Below the pieces are notes generated by a model that did no database searches, was not told the DNA's origin, and was given only the letters and a program-made list of their open reading frames with translations. Below, piece after piece: positions 13,641 to 26,904 of a DNA stretch of 64,000 bases. Numbering within the stretch: the first letter of the stretch is position 1; the number at the start of each line of letters is the position of its first letter. The DNA is from Eledone cirrhosa (lineage: Eukaryota), in assembly GCA_964016885.1 (NCBI GenBank), contig OZ024740.1:315394001-315458000 (forward strand). Direction: 5' to 3'. The position numbers and the translations under genes were made by a program.

Positions 13641-14699
13641 AAGCGACGGCATTACTCGAAATCGAGTTGCAGCCATCATGTGTGTTTGTATACGTATATG
13701 TATATGTATAAATAGGTATATGTGTGTATGTGTATGAATGTACCAACGTATGTATGTATGTAGTAAAATCCCCACATAGTACAACCCCTTTTATAGTTAA
13801 CTTTACTATTGCACTTTTCTTAGGGATATTTTGTTTCATTTAGTAGTTATTATCATAACTGGGTGAAACGCAATGCTTCGAGCGCATCCTCCTAGTTTAT
13901 GCAATACTAGCAGAACTACCACCCTCTGGGCGATTCTCTGCGTGTGTTAGTATGTGTATGTACGCGTGTGTTTTGTAATGTATCTATCAATGTATACAAA
14001 TGTAGGAAAAGAAAAAAATACATTTTTGATATGCAAATAATACAAACTCGAACTAACATTTATTATCTGGCGGTTTGTTTCATTCGATGCAATGACGTTT
14101 ATTCTACAAAGTGGTGGAACCCACAACTTATTTAAAAAAAGATGGGATATGGAATATGAAATTATCAAGAAGAAACATAATTGAAACAGCCTAACATAGG
14201 ACATTCGATGAGATTCAAACAGGGACCAATTTTCGAATAAAACGGGTATTTTTTATTAAATCTCGGATAGTCCATAGCCTCTAGTCTAGGAGCGTGCAGT
14301 GTAGTAAATCGCTTATAATTAAAAGACAAATGTTCTTTCGTGAAAGTAGAACAATACAAACTTACAGCAACAAATTTAATTTTTCGGTTCATTATTTAAA
14401 GCGTTCCGATTGTGGCAATTCTGTTATTTTGTATATCACGAACTACATTATTCAATATAATGTTTATTTAAGACGGTGGAGCGTGCTTTGAAGGAGGTTT
14501 GCCTGTTATTTCTAGCATGTTGAGCGACCATGTAGAAGCTCCATTGTTAAACATCGTGACCAGACGACATACGTTGACATCAACTGCCATGGAGAAAATA
14601 TTATACAATAGTGACAACAGATAGGTCATTACTCTCGTCTTCCAAATAATATATTTGCTCTCTCCATCTATCTATCTAGCTATCTAGCTATCTATCCCT

Positions 14700-15060
14700 T
14701 TGGAAGAATAATCAGGATGGAGAGAGAGGTGCTGTACCCCAGCAAGTTTTATGAAAGGTGGGTGAAAGTGGCGAGAATGACCCGAGTGAATGGGCCTTCT
14801 CTCTATATCAGCCTGTAGGTTGAGGAAAAGGAGGAGGAGAGGAAAGGAGTACAAGCTCTTCGTACTCCTGGAGATGAGGGTTGCACATTTTTTTTTCGGG
14901 GGTATGTGTTACCTATATAAACTGTCTCCCTCTATTGGGGAAAATCGACTAACTTTTAAATTCCATCTGTGATAACATTTTACACGTTTTTATTGTATGT
15001 AAACTTCCCCCTTTGTATTTGTCCCCTTCTTTTGTGCCCCTGTGGCTAATAAAGAAATAT
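14700..15060 (+). mobile_element. Tx1-type LINE 3' fragment (sister subfamily) between (ATCT)n tracts
   Basis: Aligns with 18790-19172 (atcaggatggagagagaggtgctg...gtgaatgggcctt...gtggctaataaagaa). Confidence 0.9.
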
Positions 15061-15103
15061 ATCTATCTATCTATCTAGCTATCTAGCTATCTATCCCTCT
15101 CTA

Positions 15104-15158
<55 letters not shown>

Positions 15159-15192
15159 CTCTTTCTCTCTCTTTCTATCTATCTGCCTGTCG

Positions 15193-15261
<69 letters not shown>

Positions 15262-15264
15262 GCT

Positions 15265-18200
15265 AACCGCGTCCTCCTAAAAAAACTATCCCACCCCCTC
15301 CCCAAACACCCACACAACTCCAAGCTCCCCAACCACACAACACACTGATGCCCCTACACTTCCACAAACCACCACCCCACCCAACAACCCATCCCCCACC
15401 CTAATGGAAATTGTGCAGCCCGATACCCGGGACGCAGAGAGGTAAGTGCCTTTTCTCTTCACCACCAACATGGCTATGCTAAGAGTAGGCTGTTTAAATG
15501 CGCGTGGCCTGGGCTCAACTTGGAAGCAAGCAATGCTTCTAAATGACCTCAGGTCACAACGTATAGATGTGATGGTTATTTGCGAGGCCCGGATCAGCAA
15601 CTTGCGACAGCTGGCCCCCACCTTTGATGACTTTGAGATGCACGCATCTCTCTGTCAGCCCGGAGGTGAGGGTGGAGTTGTCGTTCTGCTGCAAAAACAT
15701 CTGGGTCTCGCAACACAGATGGTACATTTGGACCCGGAGGGTCGACTAGTGGTTCTGGACCTTGGCAGTGGTAAAGGCGGAGCGTTTAGGTTGGTAGCCG
15801 CCTACGGCCCTTTCGGGTCAATGCGGCCGGACTTCTTCCATCGTCTGGAGACTTTTCTAGGGACGTCCCGCTCCTTGCTATTAGTGGGGGACTGGAATGG
15901 TATCCTAGATGCACGCTGGGACTACGTAGGGGCCTGTCCCGATAGAGAGGGGTGTAATAGCCTCAAAGGGTTAATCGGCCGATTTGACCTGGCCGATAGA
16001 TATCGACTAGATTTTCCGACTGCGCCAACCTGGACTTGGGCAAATCGTAGCGGAACATCTAGGTCGTACCTAGATAGTTTCTTAGTTAGAATTAAGGATA
16101 AGGACTTTTTAAGTTGTCCAAAAATGCGCATGGTTGGCTATTCAGACCACAAATTAGTGACCTGCATGGTCAACCTTGACAGAACTCATAGACAGGGACC
16201 CGGTTACTGGAAGCTCAACTTGTCCTTACCGGCAAGTAAAGCTTACAGGAACCGGATTAGCACTTTAGTTAAGGAGCGGTTGACGGGCGCCATCGTCAAC
16301 AGCAGGTGGTGGGGATCTCTCAAAAGAGAGATTAGAGTAGTCTCTATAGAATTTAGTAAGGAGTTAGCCTCCAATAGAAATAGGAAGGAAAGGGAGCTGG
16401 TAGATAGTGTAGAAGAGGCAATTAGAAGCGGCGACGTGGCCAGAGTGCTAGCGTCGAGAACGGCCCTGGGCCAGTTCTTCGACGCGAAACACGAAGGCTG
16501 CATCGTCCGAAGCAAAATACGTGCTCTGGGAAACGAGGGGACCAAAGCTGTTAGCTGGGCCCGCGTGACAGAAGCCAAAAGAGGGAGCAGATCCACTATC
16601 CGGTCTTTGCGAGACCAGGATGGACGGGTGATCCTTGAACCTAAGCAGATGTGCGAGGCTTTTCAAAAGCACTTTGCCGAATTGTTCGGAAGGGGCGGGG
16701 GGCTGGTTGGGGACGTGGACTTCGGTCCATACCTCGACGGCCTGCCGCGTCTCTTGGACAGGGAGGCGAAGTCCTGCGAGGAGCCGATTTCAGCCGCTGA
16801 GATAGAGGACGTGCTGAGCCAATGCGGCAAACGCAAATCCCCGGGTCTCGATGGTCTTCCATACGAACTATATCTAGCTATGCCGGACTTGTTCCCCGAA
16901 CTCCTCGAGGCGGTCTACTGCAACTGGCGACAGAACGGGAGAATTCCCTGTGCTGTGACCAAGGGCGTAGTCACGCTAGTGAGGAAGGACGAGAACAAGG
17001 GGGGCGATATAAATAATTTCAGGCCCATAACTCTGCTAAATACAGAGTTACAGATTTTGGCCAAGGTGCTAGCAAAGAGGTTGGCGCTTGTCGTGGGCAA
17101 CCTGGTGGGAGATGCGCAGACATGTGCTATCCCGTCCAGGTCCATCCACGATAACCTCCACCTCATGCGATACATCATAGAGAGGGTTGGGAACGAACCC
17201 GGCTTTGGTGGGGCCCTGATCAACTTGGATCAATCTAAGGCATTCGATAGGGTCGACCATGGTTACCTGGATGCGGTGCTAGCGGCGGCAGGCTTCGGAC
17301 CCGTTTTCAGGGGCTGGATCAATGCCATGCACAGCAGCCGCATCTGCTCTAGGGTCAAGGTGAACGGCTACCTCTCGGAGCCGTTCGAAATCGCGCGGTC
17401 CATCCGACAGGGGTGCCCTCTCTCCTCCCTTCTGTATGTAGTGACTCCAGAGCCACTGCTGCAGAAGTTGGAGTTGTTGCAGGGCATCCCGTTGGAACCG
17501 GGATTGCGGAAAGCGGTATCAGCCTACGCCGATGACGTAACAGTAATGGTGTCGACGGCCTCGGAAATCGGGGCGATCGGCACCTTACTGGAGGAGTACG
17601 AAAGGTTTACAGGGGCTAAGCTGAACCGGGACAAGTCGATCGGTCTGCAGCTCGGCACGTGGAGGGGCAGATCGATGCCCTCCGATGGCGTCGTCGGGCG
17701 CTGGACGGAGGGCCCGGTGAAATTGCTCGGGGTCTGGTTCGGACCAGACCTCCAGGTGGAGAAGAACTGGGGTGAGGTGACGAGCAGGGTGTTTGCACTG
17801 ACCCAGAAGTGGGCCGAGTGCAAACTGTCCCTGAAAGGTCGGGCGGAGGTGGCGAACACTTATATAGCGTCTGTCATCTACTACCGCCTGACCGTGGTGC
17901 CTTGCCCAAGGGAAACGCTCGCCAAAATGGAGCGCGCACTCTTCCAATTCCTTTGGAAGAAGCGGGCTCCTATGGTGAGGAGATCCATCTGCTGTCAACA
18001 CCCTTCGAAAGGAGGGCTGGGGATGCCGTGGCTGATGATACGTAAACACGCATTAAGGCTACGGCACCTTCAGGTATTCCTCTCCGGTCAACCGGTGTGG
18101 GCCCCGTTTGTGAGGCGAGCCTTTCCCAGACTCGTCTCACTCACCGAGCTGCAATCCTGGGTCAAGCAAAGACCGAGAAAACTGGGCGCCTGGCACACCG

Positions 18201-19172
18201 AGTGTGCCCAGGCGCTCACGGCTCTCTGGCAGGCGGACCCGGCTGTCAGTGGAGAATCCACCTCGTCATTCTATAGAGGGCTGGTGGTTAGCAGGTGCGA
18301 CGACGCCCTCGGAGAAGCCCTAGGCATGGAGGAAGACGAACTGGCCAACCTGTTCGGTAGGACATTCAGCCCGGGACCCATGGATAACTTCCAGAGGTCC
18401 CTGGCCTGGCAATGCTACAGAAGGGCTCTGCCCGTTCGAGAAAGGCTCTACAGACACGGGCGCCCGGGTAGGGACCCATCGAAAAAGGTCTGTCCCAGAT
18501 GCGTGTGCGACGAGGAAACCGTTGCACACGCATTGGTACACTGCTCGGGCATTGCCGATCTGTGGGGCTATGTCGAACAACTGCTGTCAAGGGTGAGACC
18601 GATCCGGTTGACCACCGAGTCTATTGTAACGATCAAGCCGCCTCCCCTCTTCAAAAACGAAGGAGAGGCGGTGTTTCTGTGCGTAATAGCCATGGCGAAA
18701 GAGGTTGTATGGTGGACGCGTCTGAAAGGACTGAGGTCAGACACCTTTCTCTCTGGCCAACAACTGGTCCGTTTCTTCCGATATCATTTCGGAAGAAGGA
18801 TCAGGATGGAGAGAGAGGTGCTGCACCCCAGCCGTTTCTATGAAAGATGGGTGAAAGTGGCGAGAATGGCCCGTGTGAATGGGCCTTCACTCTACATCAG
18901 ACTATAGGTGAGGAAGATGAAAGACCAAGGGAGCACCCCTTCTCTGTGCTCCTGAGGAGAAGGGTTGCACACTTTTTTTCGGGGGTGTGTGCGACCCCCC
19001 AAGGCGCCTCCTCTCTATTGAGGACTTTGTTATAAATTTTATTTTTTGTTATATTTTATTTTATTTTTATATATTGTTATTGCCTCCTCCTTATTGAGGA
19101 CGCCTTGTTTTGTAAACTCCCCCCATTGTACTTGTCCCACTTTTGATGCCCTGGTGGCAAATAAAAGAAACA
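15265..19172 (+). mobile_element. 5'-truncated Tx1-clade (L1 group) LINE in (ATCT)n
   Basis: End of ORF1 (stop 15443-15445), complete ORF2, 3' UTR with AATAAA at about 19160, and (ATCT)n on both flanks. Clearly more GC-rich than its surroundings. Confidence 0.9.
15470..18907 (+). CDS. Tx1-type ORF2: AP endonuclease, reverse transcriptase and C-terminal CCHC
   Basis: EN motifs LNARG, GDWN, SDHK. RT motifs KSPGLDG, FRPITLLN, LDQSKAFDRV, RQGCPLS, YADD. Zinc motif CPRCx8Hx4C. First ATG at 15470. Confidence 0.95.
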   Translation: MAMLRVGCLNARGLGSTWKQAMLLNDLRSQRIDVMVICEARISNLRQLAPTFDDFEMHASLCQPGGEGGVVVLLQKHLGLATQMVHLDPEGRLVVLDLGSGKGGAFRLVAAYGPFGSMRPDFFHRLETFLGTSRSLLLVGDWNGILDARWDYVGACPDREGCNSLKGLIGRFDLADRYRLDFPTAPTWTWANRSGTSRSYLDSFLVRIKDKDFLSCPKMRMVGYSDHKLVTCMVNLDRTHRQGPGYWKLNLSLPASKAYRNRISTLVKERLTGAIVNSRWWGSLKREIRVVSIEFSKELASNRNRKERELVDSVEEAIRSGDVARVLASRTALGQFFDAKHEGCIVRSKIRALGNEGTKAVSWARVTEAKRGSRSTIRSLRDQDGRVILEPKQMCEAFQKHFAELFGRGGGLVGDVDFGPYLDGLPRLLDREAKSCEEPISAAEIEDVLSQCGKRKSPGLDGLPYELYLAMPDLFPELLEAVYCNWRQNGRIPCAVTKGVVTLVRKDENKGGDINNFRPITLLNTELQILAKVLAKRLALVVGNLVGDAQTCAIPSRSIHDNLHLMRYIIERVGNEPGFGGALINLDQSKAFDRVDHGYLDAVLAAAGFGPVFRGWINAMHSSRICSRVKVNGYLSEPFEIARSIRQGCPLSSLLYVVTPEPLLQKLELLQGIPLEPGLRKAVSAYADDVTVMVSTASEIGAIGTLLEEYERFTGAKLNRDKSIGLQLGTWRGRSMPSDGVVGRWTEGPVKLLGVWFGPDLQVEKNWGEVTSRVFALTQKWAECKLSLKGRAEVANTYIASVIYYRLTVVPCPRETLAKMERALFQFLWKKRAPMVRRSICCQHPSKGGLGMPWLMIRKHALRLRHLQVFLSGQPVWAPFVRRAFPRLVSLTELQSWVKQRPRKLGAWHTECAQALTALWQADPAVSGESTSSFYRGLVVSRCDDALGEALGMEEDELANLFGRTFSPGPMDNFQRSLAWQCYRRALPVRERLYRHGRPGRDPSKKVCPRCVCDEETVAHALVHCSGIADLWGYVEQLLSRVRPIRLTTESIVTIKPPPLFKNEGEAVFLCVIAMAKEVVWWTRLKGLRSDTFLSGQQLVRFFRYHFGRRIRMEREVLHPSRFYERWVKVARMARVNGPSLYIRL

Positions 19173-19231
<59 letters not shown>

Positions 19232-20349
19232 AGCTATCTGTCTATCTATCTACATTACCATTTTTATTTCATTCTTTCCAGATAGTTAGATGGTATAAGA
19301 AATGATGTGAACTATGTACCTTAAAATAGGTGTAATTTGTGGTGAAAGGAGAGGGTTGGTGGTGTTTCGATTGCATATATAGATGGATTTACATAAGCTC
19401 CACTATCACAAAAGATCGTATACAACATATACGAATCTCTCTTTCACACTCATGCACGCTTCCACATTCGCCTGAAATGTCCACACAGTGGTTTACTCAG
19501 TATAAATGAAAAACCGCCTGCAACTCCGAGTGATGAAAATTTATCTAAGATATTAAACTACAATTGGTATTTGAAAGATGGCGGGCGTAAAGCATATTTG
19601 ACAAAATCTTTAAATTTGGCCACACTAACAATTAGAGCCTTTCCGAAATATGTGGACTAAATAAAAGATTTTTTTTTTCTTTATTTGGTAGTTAAGGGCG
19701 ATGGATTGGTAGAATCGGTAGAGTGTCGTGCAAATCTCGCCGAGGCTAGCTTTGCCTTTCATCTTTACAGGGTCGATAAAATAAAGTACCAATAATTGTT
19801 TCTACTTTTGGCACAAGGCCAGCAATTATCCCAGTGCATTACTGGTACTTTATTTTATCGACCCCGTAAGGGTGAAAGGCAAAGTTAACCTCAGCAGGAT
19901 TTGAACTCAGACCGTAAAGGGACGCAACTCTATGCTGCAAAGCATGGCGTCCGACCTTCTACTGATACTGCCAATCCACTGTCAATAAAGTACCAATAAT
20001 GCACTGGGGTTGATTTAGTCGACTTTCCCCTGTCCCTTCAAATTGTTGGCCTTGAGCCTAAATCAGAAGCCATTATTATAGATAGAATTATTACTCGGTA
20101 ATAACATCAGCAAGATTACGGAAACCATGAACTAGTTTTTTTGAGAATGACCTTTGACTGGGAACCGAACAACAATACAAATAAAGAGAGGTGTTCTTTA
20201 CATCATATCTTGTTAGAGACATGAGATGCAGTCTTCGAGAAGCAACCAATGTGTAAGGAAAAAACACAATTTAGACCCTTAGATATAACCTCATCTCTCC
20301 TATATCTCAACACAGCTTTTCAACTGAATTAATGTTAAGTAAAGGTGTA

Positions 20350-20690
20350 CGAGAGTCGACAGAAAATTTCATAGGCTGACCAAGATACTCTCATGTAATG
20401 ACCAAATGAGGTTTATTTTTCAACATAGTCTCCGGAAAGAAACGATGCAGTTATTAATAAGAAGAATTGATATTAATTCATGCAAGATTTCACAGCTCTA
20501 ACAACACTCCTTCATAGGCTGACTAAGATACTCTCATGGAATGACCAAATGAGTTTTATTTTTCAACATAGTTCCTGAAAAGAAACAATGCAGTTATTAA
20601 TAAGAAGAGCTGAAATTAATGCATGGAAGATTTCACAGCTCTAGCATCACTCTTTCATAGTCAGTGTACGAACTTTTCAGTCGACCCTCG
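20350..20690. mobile_element. Mariner-derived MITE with internal tandem duplication of about 144 bp
   Basis: TA-cgagagtcgacagaaaatttc ... gaacttttcagtcgaccctcg-TA. The internal block ttcataggctgac...cacagctcta is repeated. Confidence 0.8.
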
Positions 20691-21201
20691 TACACTCTGG
20701 ATTAAAGTTGATTAATTGAAACTGTTTCTAAATTATGTAATGATATTTGATCATAATTAATTAAACTTGTCTACTAGTTTCATTATTACATTAAATTAAA
20801 GTATCAGTCATGTACTGGGGTTAATCTAATCGACTTTACACTTCCCCCAAATTTGCTGGTCTTGTATCTAAATTAGAAATCAATTTTATCATAACCTTAG
20901 ATCTCAATGTATTTCCACACATTGCGAGAGGTTATCTGAAGTTATTAAGTATTTGGAGAGTATGACGGCAGGTTTGGAGATTTTTTAGTTGTTCTGCGAT
21001 GTCTGTCATCTTCATTTGTTTTCATACAACTTGAGATTAACCTGTCAAGCTCGTATCTCTATGCTATGTTATAATGCTATTTCGTTTAGCATTGCATTTT
21101 AAGGAAGGTATATAAAGTGTTAACCGTGGTATTAATGTATATATAAGCTTGTGTGTGCGTATGTAATGCCAATTTGATTATCAATCAGCACCAGATGTTT
21201 C

Positions 21202-21244
<43 letters not shown>

Positions 21245-21281
21245 AGAAAATCTCCTATGTAACACCTCTCCACTTTGTTCT

Positions 21282-21323
<42 letters not shown>

Positions 21324-21329
21324 GGATAA

Positions 21330-21445
<116 letters not shown>

Positions 21446-21568
21446 TTGTATATTATACACTCAGGCGAATAAGCAGTCAGCTATACATTACATATTTAGA
21501 TGCATACCAATACATAAAATAAAATACATCTACGTAACTACATAACTAGACGTATACGAACATACACA

Positions 21569-21644
<76 letters not shown>

Positions 21645-21889
21645 AGGTATGTATATATGTATGCATATATGTATGTATGCGTGCTTGTGTGAGTATATAC
21701 ACACACGCACACTCGTGCTTTTTTCCTCATTTTTTATGTTCCTCCCTCTTCTAAATTCGCTATCTTTTTATTTCTTATATTTTTCATCCTATCTTCTAAT
21801 GAAGGACTAGTATCCGAAACGTTAAGACACTTTTCCATATATATATATATATATATATACGCACATATATATACAGATATATATGCATA

Positions 21890-21934
<45 letters not shown>

Positions 21935-22481
21935 ACACACATACATACACATATATATATATTATAAGAGAAACGGTTTTATTCATACATTTAATTTTAT
22001 TACTTAATCCCATCATACGTATTTCAAAGGTCAGAGTGATTAAGATGTATTTAAATTGCTACTCCTATATTTGTGGAGTTGAGAAACAGTTTTAAATTGA
22101 CTGCTATTTCTAGTAAAACAAATTTCTCGTTACCTAGACTGTTTTATACGAATATTTGCTTTGTTGTAAATTCTGCGTATGTGTACGTTATTGTGTCCGT
22201 ACTGGATTTTATTTCGAGCTTGCATGAGATCAGACAACAAGTAGATATATTTTGTCTTTCTTAAGTTTGGGAACAGAAAACCCTCGCCGGTAATCAGACA
22301 AGTTTTCTTAATTAATTGAAATGGACAATTTCTGTGTTTTTAGTCTGTGAAACTGCAGTTAGAGGAAAAGAATTGAATAACAATGAGTTTTGCCTCTGGG
22401 ATATGCGTACTTTAATGTGATATTCCCTATAGTCAATTCTGAAGTTTATTTGAGATAGATCAATATTTGTATACATATATA

Positions 22482-22714
22482 TAAAATTTAAAAAAACGGA
22501 GTTACAGACTCGCATAAATCCCCTGTAATTTAATGTGCTCAAGCAATAGAATCCGGGCTCTTTATAAGACAGTATATAGAGAAAAATACACAAAGATGTA
22601 TGTATTCAATTACAATGGATAGAATACCACCGTAAACAATATGTTTTTCACTCTGGTGGTATTCTAGCCCCTATAATTGAACACATACATCTTTGTGTAT
22701 TTTTCTCTATAAAC

Positions 22715-22722
<8 letters not shown>
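22482..22722. mobile_element. Fold-back element, family I (arms about 22563-22631 and 22655-22722, about 80-nt tail on the left)
   Basis: atagagaaaaatacacaaagatgtatgt...tagaataccacc inverted as ggtggtattcta...acatacatctttgtgtatttttctctat, then (TA)n. No intact hammerhead. Confidence 0.65.
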
Positions 22723-22794
<72 letters not shown>

Positions 22795-22862
22795 TAGTAG
22801 AGTGTAAGCAAAATTATTTAATAGAGAAATGGCTTCTACATATATATGTGTGTGTGTGTGTT

Positions 22863-23373
22863 CGTATACATACTTATATTTAAGTAACAGCCGTACTAAG
22901 AGTGAGAAATGAAATTTCGTTTCACTGTTTCCGTTTATCGTTTTCGGTGCGCCCGGCCGATTAACTCACTCGATATGCAAATTAGGCTGCTCAGTCGTTA
23001 ATATGCATAAGGAAAGTATATACTTTCAGACGTTCAATCATCTGGCAGGAAGGTATACGTTGCTGACGATAGATAATAAGCTTGAAACTAGTACAGCGTT
23101 CCTTTGTCAGTGTTGAACAAATGACCAACGATGGTTGCTAGACACTGTACGGTTTAATTCGGGATGTTTGTTTACAAACACACCGAGCATTATAATAAAT
23201 GTTCGGTGAATCCATACGTACATATATATATATATATATATGTGTGCATGTATGTATATATATATACATACTACTGTACGTCTGTATACATATATGTATG
23301 TACGTATACATACTTATATTTAAGTAACAGCCGTACTAAGAGTGAGAAATGAAATTTCGTTTCATTTTTTCCG

Positions 23374-23375
<2 letters not shown>
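22863..23375 (+). mobile_element. Family G: 440-bp non-coding unit plus about 72-bp terminal redundancy (retrozyme-like)
   Basis: 22863-22934 is repeated at 23303-23375. Central hammerhead, and the element ends in (TA)n. Confidence 0.8.
23057..23099 (+). ncRNA. Minimal type I hammerhead, family G (second copy at 29971-30013)
   Basis: acgttg-CTGACGA-tag(c/a)taataagctt-GAAA-ctag-TA-cagcgt. Helix III ACTAGT is palindromic. Confidence 0.85.
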
Positions 23376-23452
<77 letters not shown>

Positions 23453-24879
23453 CATATATATATATACAAGTGTGTATGTGTGTTTGCAGTATGCTTAGAT
23501 GTGATGTATTCAGTATAATTTGTTAGTGTAATCTATGAGTGCTTTCATAGTAAAAGTTTGTATTATATTTTGTAATACAATACAATAAGTTGCTGGTGGT
23601 AAATGGCATGGGTTGGCCAGCGGGTGTGTTAGTTGATAACTACATTGAAACTCTTTCTGTCAGTCAGTAGTTTAGATACTAGTAAGTGGTGTGAATATAG
23701 AGAATATAGAGTGAGGTATTAGGAGAGATTGAAATACTGAGTGAAAGAGACGAACGGACAGCTAGAGAGGGAGTGTGTATCTGTGTGTGTGAGAGAGTGA
23801 GAAAGAAAGAGTGAAAGAATGAGAGAGGGGGGAGAAAGAGAGAGAGCGAAAGAAATAGTTAGAATGAGAAAGAAACAGAGAGGGGGGGGGTAAATATCAT
23901 AGAATAAAGAGTAAAATTTATTTGGTCTTGTATATAGGAAGCAGGTGGTGAATTTAGTAGAATTCCTTGCGGTATTTGTTCCAGCTCTTTGCGCTCTGAG
24001 TTCAAATCCCACCGAGGTTAACTTAAGCCTTTTATCTCTTCAGAGTTAATAAAATGTAGTACTAATTGATGATGGGGGAATAAGGAATTGTTAGAGTATT
24101 GGGTGCAATACCTTGCTGTATTAGTTCCGGCTCTTTGCATTTGTAGGGAATAGATTTAAACTGACGACCGGTTTAACGCCACCAACTGGTCCTTTAGTGC
24201 ATTTGACGTGTGGGAATAACTTGTTTCCATTCTTCCTATCTGTATTGATGACCCTATCCGTCTCTCCTTGACTAAACAGTGTGTGCCTGTGTGGTGGAGA
24301 GATCGTGAATTATATTTCACAGCAATGTATTATCCTATAATAATAGGGCTGAGGGGAAATACCTCAGGAGAGCAGTCTGCATGCTAAATACAAATACAAT
24401 AGTGTTTCACTTGTAATAAAGGGAGTAGAAAATTTCGCTTCACTGGGATTGTCCTTGAAATTAAAAGATAAAGGCTTCATCTAGGATTGTTTAAAATTAA
24501 AGAAACGAAGAACGGATATAAATCTAATATAAACAGTTAATTCATTTTTTATGAAAAATTGAGATAATCTACTTAAGTATGGGTTTTATCTTTAAAGCCA
24601 ACTGGTGAAAGTAATGGTCATATTTTGTACGTAGTCTTACGACTTGATAGAAATTAATAGCGAAGTCTCTTTCAAATCAAACCCTACCGTCTTAAGAAGG
24701 TCAGTGCATTTTGTACTATATATACTACATTTGGACGAACGGGGCTAGCCTAGGACTAAAGCACAACGGTGAGTTGTTTCCATCCTGTATGTATCTATTT
24801 ATAGTTAAATTGACTGATCTATTTGAGAGAAGTGCACTCTACACGTGAATGGTGTTCCACTGAAGTAGATAGAGAAGTG

Positions 24880-25486
24880 GCCGCGTTCACGAGTGATGGA
24901 AGGTTGAATTACGTGTAAGAATTGCAGGAGTTAGTGCAGTAATGTGCCAGCTTCAGCATTCAATAATGAGAAGGGAGGTAGGTGTAAAAGCCAAACTCAC
25001 TATCTTCAATTCGGTATTCGTGCCAGCCCTTACCTATGCTCACGAATCTTGGACAATGACCGAAAGAATACGATCACGAATACAAGCAGCCGAAATTAGG
25101 TTCCTCCGAAGGGTCTTTGGAGTAATGTTACTCGATAGGGTGCGTAGCTCAGATATCAGAAAGTCACTCCAAGTAGAGCCGCTACTTCTCTGAATTGAGA
25201 AAAGACCCAAGGGTAGACCCCGAGCAAGATGGTTAGATAACATCCATGAACTTGGCTGGTCATGCTTGGGGATCCAACCGAATCAGTTGGTTCTGACAGG
25301 ACCCGCTGGAAGGAGTGTTTGAGGACTCTTCCCCCACGTACGACCCTCTCAGGAAGAAGAAGAAGAAGAAGAAGAAGAAGAAGAAGAAGAAGAAGAAGAA
25401 GAAGAAGAAGAAGAAGAAGAAGAAGAAGAAGAAGAAGAAGAAGAAGAAGAAGAAGAAGAAGAAGAAGAAGAAGAAGAAGAAGAAGA
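24880..25486 (+). mobile_element. RTE-clade LINE 3' fragment with long (GAA)n tail
   Basis: KAKLTIFNSVFVPALTYAHESW...IQAAEIRFLRRV...DRVRSSDIR...RPKGRPRARW, with a stop and a deletion. Confidence 0.85.
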
Positions 25487-25539
25487 ATCCGTAAAATGTT
25501 TTAGAAAATAATTGTCATGATATGATCATTAAGAATAAA

Positions 25540-26010
25540 AACATCTTCTTGGTGGCTAGATGATGACCAGTTGCAGCTGAAGGATTTGACTGACCTTAAT
25601 GTTCATAGTCTGGGATTAGAGTTACAGTGCCTAGAGTACGGAGACAGGCATATTCTTGCCAGAGACTGACCGAAAAAATCCAATTTAGAGTGGTTGACAG
25701 GAAATAGTTGACAAGAAGTGCTTGAAAGGAAATAATTAGAAGGAAATCATCGATGATGAGGAAGCAACGTATTTGAGACAGTGTGACAATTATTAAATAG
25801 AAGTTATTGCAATGAGAACACGGTTAAATAGGGGGATGGAGGGCAAATGTCACTTCTTACCTATTCTTATTAATAAAACATTACAAATTAATTCAAAACT
25901 AATATTTTTTATCTTTAAATTAAATTTCCTAATTGGATTTTGTTTTTATTCAACTTTAATCTGAAAAAATATATTTTTTTAATAGGAAGTGACTTTTGGA
26001 CCACCCTGTA
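25540..26010 (+). mobile_element. Decayed Tc1/mariner 3' end
   Basis: TIR-like gacttttggaccaccctg-TA at about 25991-26010 and a weak PDLN-like remnant. Confidence 0.4.
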
Positions 26011-26485
26011 CTTTCTAGTTGTTTAAAGGAAATACGGAGTTGATATTTTTAAATTATCGCTTTAGATACGGTCTGAGCAAAGACGACAAACCTATACACT
26101 CTTTAGTCATTCTAAGACTTGGTAATAATGGTTAAACTATACTTCGTTGAGGAAGATTAACAATATGAAAATATGTCCGGAATTATCACCTTGCTGCCAA
26201 AGGTTAGAGTCACTCTCTATTTCATTGTATTTTTAAATAATTTTAATCAATTTAAAGTCCAGTGTTGCCTCCCTTTCTCATCAACCGTTGATGAATATCT
26301 TTGGTCAGTGATAAATCAAGCAATTGATTGTTCCGCTATAGTGAGTGAGATGAATAAATAGTAACTAAAATTGAGTGATGGAAGCTAGCAGAAAAATATT
26401 TCTCTCACTTTTGTCGTTCTTTTATTCCTTTTAGGTATCATTTTCTTCAATTTCAAATTTTTTTATTATATCTTTAATTATTTGT

Positions 26486-26566
<81 letters not shown>

Positions 26567-26574
26567 TATATATA

Positions 26575-26835
26575 TATTGTTATACTTGGGGAGGCCATAT
26601 TGTTGTAATAATATTGCCAGAAATAATAACAGAACACACTCACTGCTTGGTTGGTTTTCGCTTCTGTATCTTTTATATCTCCACAGTTAATTCATTTGGT
26701 CCTCAATGTTTATCACTGACTGACCAACGGTCAAAAATACAGATATAAATATATATATATATATATAGTCTATCAAAGTTCTTTCGTTGCACATCTGCAA
26801 CATCATCAGTGGTACTATTATTATGTTCCTTCCTA
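26575..26835 (-). mobile_element. Family C single arm with degenerate hammerhead (26772-26813)
   Basis: Begins at the same tattgttatacttgggg boundary as 9632. The minus strand reads acca-CTGATGA-tgttgcagatgtgcaac-GAAA-gaac-TT-tgat. Confidence 0.75.
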
Positions 26836-26865
26836 TTGTATTGTAATGTCTACGCCATTTTTATT

Positions 26866-26904
<39 letters not shown>

